From NCBI GenBank assembly GCA_043228905.1, contig JBHGNT010000002.1, forward strand, positions 9,672,001 through 9,736,000: a DNA stretch of 64,000 nucleotides. The letters run 5' to 3'. The DNA is from Azolla caroliniana (taxonomy: Eukaryota > Plantae > Polypodiophyta). Position numbers and translations under genes: made by a program. The stretch's first letter is position 1; every line of letters starts with the position of its first letter. This document shows, piece after piece, positions 35,238 through 45,879 of the stretch. Under the pieces are notes generated by a model, which saw only the letters and a list, made by a program, of their open reading frames with translations, did no database searches and was not told the origin of the DNA.

Positions 35238-36934
35238 ATGACAGGAAGTAATGAAGGTCCCCTAAATCCTTCATTTTGAATGATGCCGCAAGCAGAGACT
35301 TTACTTGGCCAATTTCTCCAAGGTTGGCATCGGCGATGACTAAATCGTCAACATATAGCAAAATGCTAATTGGTCCGGTCCCACTTTGCGGAATGAACAA
35401 TAAAGAGTCTGATTTTGATGGAGCAAACCCCATCTTACGCAGTTGCTGTGTGAACTTTGTGTTCCAGGCATGCGAGGCTTGCTTAAGTCCATACGATGAC
35501 TTCATTAGTCGGCAAACTGTTGAGGTGTTTCGTTTGGATATAAATCCGGGGGCTATACCATGTACACTTGTTCATCAAGATCACCTTGCAGGAACACGTT
35601 CTTTATATCCATCTGATGTAAGTGTCACCCCTTTGCCACTAGTACCGCCAGCAACACACAGGTAGTTGTCATCTTCACCATCGGTGTGAAGGGCTCGTCT
35701 TAATCTACGCAGTGTTTCTACCCGTAGCCCTTTGCCACCAACCGTGCCTTATATTGGTTGACCGAGCCATTGGCGTTGTATTTGACCTTGTACACCCACC
35801 TCCATCCGATCGGCTTCACACCCTTGGGTGTGTCAACCAGGTCACAAGCCTCTTTTCCCGATAATTCTCGCATCTCTTCCTCCATTGCTTTCTGCCAATT
35901 GGTGCCTTTCGCTGCTTCTACATAGCTCCCTGGCTCATGCACTTCAGCCACCTTCGCCATATACTCATTATACCCATACCAAAATACGGGATTGTTTTGG
36001 CGGGTTGATCGGTGCAACTTTTGGTTTGTCGATTTCGTGGCCCTCTTGGTTGACTTTGACCTTGTCTTCAAAGGTCCCTCTTTGCTCCTAGCCACAACGA
36101 ATTTGCTTCGATCTGATGTATCAGCCTCACTGCCGTATTCCGATATCTTCATCTTCCCCTTCCCCTTACGTGTAAACCATCTCCTTGATTTCTGGCGTGG
36201 GGACTCCACAACCAAGTCTCCACTACTCGTCGTTTCTTCATCCGACTGGTCCTTTCGACTTAGTCCCTCATTCGGCCCATTTAGCTGAACTGAAATTGGG
36301 CTCTCCTCCAGAGCTCCAATTGCCTCCTCATCCATGGGCTATTCGGCCTCTCTAGCCTCACCCTCAGAATTTAGAATAAAGTGGATGGGGGTTGGAGTTG
36401 AAGACAAGTACCATGAAGCCAACTCGTCGAAAATGACATCTCGGCTTACTCAAACCTCTTTCGTTTGGGGGCTATAACATTTATAACCCTTTTGCTCATC
36501 TGAGTAGCTGACCAAGGTACATTTGTCAACTTTCTCATCTAACTTCCTCCGCTTTTCCTTTTGCACATGCACATATGCAATGCTACTAAATACCCTAAGT
36601 GTGCCAAGTTCATCTTCTTCCCGAAATATAGCTCATGTGGTGACACTGCTGCATTTGCAGAGATCCGATTTTGCAGGTATACAGCTGGCTTGACAGCTTC
36701 AGCCTAGTAGAACTTCGGCTTATGTTTCTCCTCGAGCATTGCCTTGGATGATTCCTCTATCATCTGATTCTTCTGCTTGGTCACACTGTTCTACTCTAGT
36801 GTGTATCTACATGAAAATTCACGTTGAATTCCTTCCTTTTACAAATAGCTAAAGAACAGGTCGAAAAAGTACTCCTTTTTGCCATCGGTTCGAAGACACT
36901 TGATATTTCTACCGGTCTCTCGTGCAAGGCCGAT

Positions 36935-37200
36935 TGTCACATCCGACAGTAGATAGGCCGACAAACACATAGATACAAATGCCGAAGATGATGAAGTTTG
37001 GTAGGCCTTGGCCGATTTAAAAATTTCCCACTCGTTGTTTGCCCTGTTTTACGGACAAGGTGGCTTAGATTATCGCCAAGAACAAAACAGAAGAAGTAGC
37101 AGTGAATTTCACGACTCTGACACAGGGACCAATTGTAATGGATGAGCATAGTCCAAGTATTAAGGTCATCATCAAAGGCCAAGAAGTGCCAAGGAGTATA
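36935..37200 (+). mobile_element. Short Gypsy gag/protease-junction fragment
   Basis: Reads DPIVMDEHSPSIKVIIKGQEVP, similar to VVDQHNQAITLILHGQEIPG at ~60285. Confidence 0.55.
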
Positions 37201-37201
37201 G

Positions 37202-37765
37202 TGTTGTCTCCCTATTGGAGGAAGACCTTCGATTACTTTTCCGGAATAATTGGGTTAGGGAATTGTGTCACGTAAGAGATTAGGGTTGGGCTTCGAGAAT
37301 TGGCTACAAGAGATTTGTGCTCACGATGTCATATGTTAGATAACAAAATCAGACCTCAAGTTAACATGAGACAGGCACTGAGTTTGACCCAAAAAGTACA
37401 TGTATCGATTACTAAATAGAGCGATTACAAGGGTAGTATAGACTGATTATAATCAGTAACGCTCTCTCTCTGTTAATACAAATCTTCGAATCTAAACTTA
37501 ATCACTCTGGCTCGAAATAGGGATATCTTCGGTATGTCCTTCTATTGCTTCCCGGTTTATATATAACTTTCTCCTTAATCAACGCGTTCCAACTACTCTC
37601 GTCTAATCCTTGGCTTATGTCTCGGTCGCTTGTATTTCAGTTACTTTCCCTCAACTATTAGTGTTCGGGTCTTTTCCTTTTTTCACGCTTTGAACTACTT
37701 GTCCCTCTTCACTCTTTATTTTAATATTCTTTCCACACCTCCTACCTTTTGTCCCACAGATAACA
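37202..37765. repeat. Possible solo LTR
   Basis: TGTTGTCT...AGATAACA imperfect terminal inverted repeat. The flanks TATAG/CATGG match only 3 of 5. Confidence 0.35.
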
Positions 37766-38015
37766 CATGGCATGCCCATGGGACAGTCCCTTGCATGTCA
37801 AACCCAAAATCAATAGAAAAATCGAAATTGAACATATTGACATCCAAAAATGAAAGAATCGAAAAATGCTATGATACACTTATTCCTCCTCCAAAATTTC
37901 TGTGAGGCTCTCCACCTGTACCGTTGTCGAGAAGATTGTGGTTGTGTGTCGCAACTGCCGGGGTTCTGTGACTCAGGGATGATCGGGGTGACAAGGCGTA
38001 ATCGCAGATGGCGCG

Positions 38016-38241
38016 ATGACAAGAAACCGAGAAGGCAAGATAAATGTGACGTTGTCGCGAAAATAATTTTATTTGTAAAACAACCACTTACAATATTTAT
38101 TTGCCAAAAGTTACTTGGCAAGACTTAAGATATGACAAGAAGCCATGAAAGCAAGATAGATGCGACATTGTCGCGAAAAGAATTTTATTGTAAAACAACC
38201 ACTTACAATATTTATTTGCCAAAAGTTACTTGGCAAGACTT
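38016..38241. repeat. Tandem duplication of a ~115-bp unit
   Basis: ATGACAAGAA...TTGTAAAACAACCACTTACAATATTTATTTGCCAAAAGTTACTTGGCAAGACTT occurs twice. Confidence 0.9.
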
Positions 38242-38429
38242 GAACTCACGAACTCTATTTGAAAAGAAGCATTTAAGATAGACCACTTCAATCTCCTTGG
38301 TTTCTATTTATTTGTCTTTCTCTTTCGCTTTATATATACTAAATTTATATTACAAAATTTCATTACTGAAAGAAGTTGTTCTAAGAGGATTCGAACTCAC
38401 GACCTTTTGTTTACAAAGAGGCATCTGAG

Positions 38430-39336
38430 GACATATCTTGTACTTATCAAGGTTCGCAATCATCAAATATGTCCCAACTCAATAGATGGATGCATGGTCC
38501 AATTCTAGGTTGGATAGATTCGGATTGGGGGGGGCACATCGATACCTCCCGATTTACATTAGGAATGGTTTTCATTTTTGCAAGTGGAGGAATTGCTTAG
38601 TGAACTAAAAGAAAATATTTCGTTTCACTTTCAAGTACCGAAGCCGAGTATATTGCTGCAACCCTTACCACAAAAGAAGGCTTTGGATAAAGACAGTTAT
38701 TGAAGAACTTGATATCTTTGAACTAAAAGAAATGACAGTGTTTTGTGATAATCAATGAATCATAAAATTTGCAACAAATCCAAAGATAACCGATCAAAAC
38801 AAACATATTCGAGCGCGTCATCATTTTAGAAGAGAATTGGTCAAAGCAAAAGAAATGTCACTCCAATACACTTCACCTACAACCATGTGGGTTCATTTCC
38901 TCACTAAACCCATACCCCAACGCAAGCATTGGATATATTGTTCGAAGATAGGACTAATTAGAGAAACCAAATAAATAGGTTGCTTACATTAAGGGGGGTG
39001 TTAGAATATTAAAATATTAATATTAGAAATAAGACGCTATTAGAAATAGGAAATATATCATAAATAAAGAAAATAAAACTAACTATTGTAACCACCTATT
39101 AACGTGACTTTTGTTCACAAAACTATTAGCTAGAAGTTTATCTTTATGTGAGATTGGATCACAATGAACATTCCCATCACAAGCTTCCCTATGATCTCTA
39201 TTGCTTATAAAATGTAACATCTACCCTGTAAAATGTAACATTTCCCATGAATACATGTAATCTTTCTTTCTTCATAATATTAAGTCATATTTATCAACTT
39301 GTTATTCTTTGTTAGATAGTATTTTAAATTCCTACA
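38430..39336 (+). mobile_element. Old AT-rich Copia 3' end (RNase H fragment, PPT, LTR ~38999-39336)
   Basis: VSLSSTEAEYIAA, VFCDNQ, NKHIRARHH and FLTKP, followed by AAGGGGGG|TGTTAG...CTACA. Confidence 0.75.
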
Positions 39337-40179
39337 AATCCTTAGGGCCACGATGCGAATCTGGTTGTTATCCTTGTTGGCATTGGAGATGAAAAGCTAT
39401 GTGATACGCTGGATTGAACCCGATATTGAGGTCACCTTGATGATCTGTTGGTTAGACATTAGCATCATGCACAATAGATCGACTTTCCTGAAGCCTTTCA
39501 ATGGCCCCTTTCTTGATCCCAATGCTACAAAGGGTGTTATCCACTCCGCCCGATTCCACTTGCTTTCTCTTAGAGTAGGTCACCAACATGCTCAGCCTGG
39601 CCAACTGCTCATCGGGTTGATCTGACTACAACCATGAGAGAGCATAATCCACCATGTCCATCTTCAGACTTCCATACATGCTCTGGCTCATGTATGTGTT
39701 GTAGACCTAATAAAAGAAGCTCCAAGTTACTCTCAAGCTCTTGTTCACTTGCTCCAACACATGCCGATAATAAATTTTGATCTCCCAATACATCCTCTAG
39801 ATCAAGAACACGAGTAACTCCATTATCACGAGGGTGTAAAAGATGAAGAGTGGAGGGCGGTGGTTGAGCTGCCTCCCATCTTCCTTCTCCTCGGCCAATG
39901 TGAATTTATGCACCCATAGACGTGCGATAGACAGGGGGCCCGAATTAGTTATCGCTGTATCATTTCTATGGTTGGGTCCTTCGCTTGTAGTTGTTGAATC
40001 AGGAGAACGATCGGGATGACAGAAACAACATAAGTTCAAGAGCTTGGCCGTCATTCGGATGAAGCTGCCTAAATTGTAATTCTTGTCCTGATGCTGCAAT
40101 TCTAGTTCATGGCTCTCACTCAAGATCCGGGCATCTTCAATCATGAGGATAGCCGTGACAAACTAGAAGTTGATCTCAA

Positions 40180-40799
40180 CGGCACTAAGGACCAGGCGTT
40201 GTTGTATCGAGCAGGAGTAGTCGCTGAGTTAATCGGCTACACGGATGCCGATTAGGCTGGGAAAACTAGCGATCACAAATCAATATCTAGGTTTATGTTT
40301 TCTTTGGGAAGCGTTGCGATCACCTAGAGCAATAAAAAGCAGCCGACAATGGCATTGTCAAGCATTAAGGCTGAGTATCGGGGGGTGGCTGTCGGCACGT
40401 GCGAAGCCATTTTGCTCAAAAGGCTAATAGAGGATCTACATGTAGAGGTGTCCGAGCCGACCGTCATATACTGCGACAACCTCAACAACATCAAGTTAGG
40501 GAAGAACCCTATCTTCCACGACCGGACAAAGCACATCGAGGTGCACTACCATTTTTTCCGTGAGCGAGTCATCTCTGGAGAAGTCGAACTTCTTCATGTT
40601 CCGACTGATCGGTAGTTTGCCCATATCTTCACCAAACCTCTTGGTCTAGACAAGTGTGGCATTTCTCAGGCATGCTTAGTCTTCAACATCTCGATATGTT
40701 GAACTTGAAGGTGAGTGAAGCCGAAAAGGAGAGAGATGAAGTCCAAAAAGACGAATCGGATGAAGAATTCGATTTCGGCATGACTGATGAAGTCAGAAC
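40180..40799 (+). mobile_element. B-family Copia RNase H fragment plus start of the 3' tail
   Basis: ORF 40349-40615 has ALSSIKAEY and RTKHIEVHYHF, followed by ESDEEFDFG. Confidence 0.85.
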
Positions 40800-41089
40800 T
40801 GTTGAGTGACAAGCTCAACATTGGGTGCGTAATATGGCGCGTAACCCAGTGCGTAGACTGGACGCGTAAGTTAGTACGCACAACCTGGCCGTTTCGGTGC
40901 GTAAACCGAATGGCCATTAGAAAGATATTCCTCGAAAGGAATAATTTTGGGAGTGAGTGTAGCGGCTCATTTATGAGCGGTCAAGTACTGTCTGTACTTG
41001 TGTCAGCCCGATTGTCAAGGCTTGTATATAATGTGCTCACTAAGCACAAAGTATGTACAAAACAGAGAATTATTTTGAATTTGATATAT

Positions 41090-41163
<74 letters not shown>

Positions 41164-44100
41164 CCGCTCCATCTCCATCTCTGTGTTTTTTGTGTTTACT
41201 GAACTGTTTATTGAACATTACGCACATGCTTCCGCACAACGTATTCTTTTACATGGTATCAGAGCACGAGGGTTGAAGTCCTCCGCAGCCGAGAAGAAAA
41301 TCTTGCGACAAAACAGAGTTGAAGTCGTTCTTCATTCTTTCTTGAAAAAGAAAAAGACAGTACTATGAACAAAGGAATGGGAAGCTCAGTTCTGATTGAA
41401 AAGCTTGACAGAAGCAACTACGCATCTTCGTCTTACAAGATGCACCACTACCTGCTCGGCCATGGCTACTAGAGTTATGTCAAAGGAGCAAACGATGTGG
41501 CACCCGACTCGAAACACAGGGACTATCCATCTTGGGAACAAGCGGCAAGCAGAGTGTTGTACTGCTTTGCGTCCTGTTTGAGCGATCAAATTTTGAGCTA
41601 CATTCGGGATGCCAAGACGCCGAAGGATGCGTGGGCGAATCTCAAAAGGATTTTCGCCGCCAGCACAACAGCTAGAAAGCTGCAGCTCAAACAGGAGCTC
41701 AGCAATGTACGACAACGAGATATGTCGGTGGCTGACTACACAACCAAGATCAAAGAAATCTGCGACTCACTCGCCTCTGTCAACGTGGACGTTGAGGAGG
41801 ACAAGATGGTGCAGGTTTGTCTTGGCGGGTTACCATCTAAGTTCGGAGCTTTCCGAAAGGCGGTCTGGACGAGGGAGAATACGCCTTCGTTTTTCGAGGT
41901 CGTAGAAGAAAACCATGCGGGTGCGTCGACGAGTGTGCACACCGATGGCAAGATGCTCTACACAGAGGATGATAGGCCCCGTGGTCGTGGTGAACGAGGC
42001 GGATTGGCGCACAATGGAGGCTGCTGAAAAGAGAAGAATGGATCGCATAATTGAGATGCCAGAAGCAGGGGGAGTCATGACGGTGCTGGAAGACGGCAAG
42101 AGAAGGCCGCGACGGAATGCTAGTACTGTGGCAAGAAAGGCCACAAGGAGAGTGAGTGCTGGAAGAAACAAGTTGATTCAGACAAAGTTGGATCAAGCGG
42201 AAGAGGCGCAGGAGGGTGTCAGAAGTCGCACTACGTGGAAGGCTCGGAACGAGCCGGAATGAAGCATAAGGCCAACTCAATGGCCATGAACACCTCGAAA
42301 TCAAGCGAGGTATGGTATGTTTATTCTAGAGCGTCAAATCATATGACGAGTCACGAGGAATGGTTCTCATATTTGGAGAAGCCGGAATCACGAGGGGTTG
42401 TCGACACGGGAGATGACACCCCGCATACCATCGAACATGTCAGCGAAGTTCCCCTCAGCCACGTCGGGCAGAAAGGGAAGCTAATGAACGTGTTCCACGT
42501 CCCGACAATAACCATGAACCCGGTGTCGGTCGGTCAGATTGTCGACCAAGGTATGCAAGTTCGATACACACACCTCGGCTGCTTCATAGAAGAGGAAGGA
42601 AAAGTGATTGCGGAAGGGCACCGTGAAGGGAGGATGTTTATCCTCGACACTAATCACGCCGAAACCACGTTGTACGCGAAAGGACAAAAGGTCGAATCGG
42701 ATATCGACCTGTGGCACAAGCAGTTCAGCCACGTAAATTTCCCACGGCTTCGTGAGATGCAGACGAAGAACATTGTTTTCGGCTTGCCAAAATTTTGGGG
42801 CCGTAATGGCCAAGTCTGCGAAGCTTGTCAGATGGGAAAACAACACCCACTTCCATTCCCCAATGAGCATAATAGTAGTCGAAGTTCGTTGGATTTGATC
42901 CATTCGGATGTGTGGGGTCTGGCATAGAGCGCGAGTATCGGTGGAAGCCGTTACTTTGTAACCTTCATCGACGACTTCACTCGGCACACGTGGGCATGCA
43001 CGATTGAGAAGAAGAGCGATGTCTTCGCATGTTTCCTGAAGGTGAAGAGCCTTGCGGAAAGGGAAACGGGGCTTAAGATCAAGTGCCTATGGTCCGATGG
43101 CGGGAAGGAGTACTTTTCCAACCAGTTCACATGTTATCTACGGAAGGAGGGAATTCGACTCGAATTCTCATGTAGATATACGCTGGAGCAAAACGGCGTA
43201 GCCGAGCGGAAGAATCGGACGATTGAAGAGGCGACTAGGGCAATGCTTGAAGAGAAGCATATGTCGAAATTCTATTGGGCCGAAGCCATGAAGACGACTG
43301 TCTACCTGCAGAATCGGACTCCTACTAATGGAGGAGTGTCGCCACATGAGCTGTATTTCGGGAAGAAGCTGAACTTGGCACACTTGAGGATTTTTGGCAG
43401 CATCGCATATGTACACGTGCCAAAGATGAGAAACTGGATGCTAAAGATGAGAAATGTATCTAGGTCGGCTATTCAGATGAGCAAAAAGAGTATAAGTGTT
43501 ATAACCTTCGAACAAAGGAAGTACGCGTAAGCCCCGACGTCGTGTTCGACGAGTCTGCTTCGTGGTACTTGCCTTCACCTCCAGTACCTCAAGACTCCAT
43601 TCCAATTTCTGAAGAAGAGATCAGCGAGGCTGAAATGCCTCTACATGATGAGGACGTCATAGCTCTTAGAGAGAGTTCGATCTCATTTCGGCTAAGCGGG
43701 CCGAATGAGGGGTTGGGCCAAGATGGCCACCCAGATGATGAGATGGCAAGTGGTGGAAACTCGGTTGTGTTGTCCCCGTGTAAGGAACTGAGGAGACGGT
43801 TTACATGCAAGGAGAAGGGCAAGAAGAAAGTTCTGGAGTATGACTTCGGCAACGCCGAGTAAGTTCGAAGTGAATTTGACATCGAGCCGATCGTAAAGAA
43901 ACCTCTGCGGAAGAGGTCAAAATCGGCCGAAAAAGTCGTGAAATCGGGTATTCACGAATTATGCCAATCTACCCGCTAGAATAACCCCATAAAAAGATAC
44001 AGGTATAATGAGTACATGGCGCATCATTACGCGTACATGACGCAAGTGGCGGGAAGTGCGTGAACCGGAGAGCTACGCAGAAGCGGCGAAAGACACAAAT

Positions 44101-45879
44101 TGGCGTGCCGCGATGGAGGACGAGATGCGCGCCTTAACGTAGAACAAGACATGGGACCTGGTTCACGCACCGAAGGGTGTGAAGCCGATCGGCTAGCGGT
44201 GGGTGTATAAAGTGAAACACAACACAGACGGCTCCGTCAACCGTTATAAGGCCCAATTAGTTGCAAAAGGCTACGCGCAAAAGCACGACGTAGATTACGA
44301 CGAGACCTTCGCACCTGTCGAAGATGACAACCGTGCGAGTTCTGCTAGCCATAGTTGTGGCAAAGGGTTGGCACTTACATCAGATGGATGTAAAGAACGC
44401 GTTCCTACAAGGTGATCTTGAGGAACAAGTGTACATGGTACAACCCCCCGGATTTCTATCCGAACAAAACACTTCGGTAGTTTGCTGACTGAAGAAGTCA
44501 TTTTACAGACTCAAGCAAGCCCCACAAGCATGGAACACAAAGATTACGCAACGGTTGCGTAAGATGGGGTTTTCGACATCGAAGTCTGACTCTTCATTAT
44601 TTGTTCGACAAGGATGACATGGCCCGGTTAGTCTCCTATCATATGTTGATGATTTAGTTATCGTCGGTGCCGACCTGGACGAAATACACCGCGTGAAGTC
44701 TCTGCTTGCGGCATCGTTTGAAATGAAGGATCACTTCGATCCTAAGGATCGAAGTGATCCGTACCCCCGAGGCCATACTAATCAGCCAGCATCATTACGC
44801 GTTGAATATGCTCTTCAAGTTCGGGATGGCAATTTGTAAGCCCATCTCGACCACTCTGGATAGAAACGTAAAGCTCCATCAAGATTCGGGAAAGGCGTGC
44901 GACCCGACACGGTTCCGACAGATTGTCGGCAGCCTTATATTTGACGATTACTCGGCCGGATCTTAGTTATCCAGTCGGCCTAATCAGTCAATTCATGTCG
45001 CAGCCTACAGTCGAACACCTTCAGTGCGCGCAACGGATATTGCGATATGTAAGTGGCACGAAAGACATGGTGTTGCTATATCGCGCAAGCGTAGTCGAAC
45101 AGTTAGTCGGCTACATGGCTGCTGATTGAGCCGGAAACGCCAGTGATCGTAGATTCACATCCACCTACGCCTTCTCATTAGGAAGCGTGGCGATCGTGTG
45201 GAGCAACAAAAAGCAGCCGACAGTGGCACTGTCGAGTAGGGAGGACGAATATTGAGGGGTGACTGTTGCTACGTGCGAAGTCATTTGGTTGAAATGGCTA
45301 ATACGGGATCTGCAGGTAGAGGTGTCTGATGCGATGACGATCCATTATGACAACCTTAGCAGTATCCACCTAGCAAAGAACCTCGTGTTCCACGCCCGGA
45401 CCAAGCACATTGAAATGCATTACCATTTTGTCCGCGAGCGGGTCCTTTCAGGTGAAGTCGAACTGGTGCATGTTTCGACTGATTGGCAAGTGGCCGACAT
45501 CTTCACCAAGCCTCTTGGTCTCGACAAGTTACGGCATTTCTCGGGTGAGCTAGGATTGCGTCACCTCGACATGCCGAACTTGAGGTGGAGAAAGGAACAC
45601 GAACAGGAGTGGAGGTGTTCAGCACGACGGAAGTGACCATGATGAGGAATCACATGAAGAATTCGATTTCGGACCGACTGAAGAAGCCGAAGAAGAAAGC
45701 AAGGGCCGCAATCGTAGGGAAGAGCCGAGGACAGCCAAATCAGGGGGAGATACAACCAAGAAGGGCGTAAAGGCCGAGACCAAGACGTGGTTTGATGTAG
45801 TCAAAGGCCTAAAGACAGGAGATGAATTGGAGACAACTAATTCGGATGAGAGCGGAATTGAATCGGAAGCGTTCGATTC
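40800..45879 (+). mobile_element. B-family Copia F (5' LTR 40800-41253, PBS 41254, degenerate gag-pol, no 3' LTR)
   Basis: TGTTG..TTACA followed by TGGTATCAGAGC. ORF pieces 41497-45636 are homologous to B. Confidence 0.9.

Larger units (their letters stand above)
29747..35243 (-). mobile_element. Full-length chromoviral Gypsy E (Tcn1/Tf1-sushi-like), TSD GGAAG
   Basis: LTRs at 29747-30182 and 34806-35243 (TGTCATGA..TCATGACA). TSD GGAAG at 29742-29746 and 35244-35248, PPT at 30183-30195. Domain order is gag-PR-RT-RH-INT-chromodomain. Confidence 0.96.
27939..36930 (-). mobile_element. 5'-truncated Copia D (B family), split by Gypsy E
   Basis: 3' LTR ~27939-28296 and PPT at ~28297. Tail ORF 28416-28754, RNase H 28891-29184, and RT pieces 29390-29746 and 35244-36335 (LLYVDDL). 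Integrase remnant extends to ~36930. Confidence 0.88.

Noticed and set aside
40787-41368. 193-aa ORF with SL repeats and antisense ER repeats
   Set aside because: It is an artefact of translating the (CT)n tract within an LTR.
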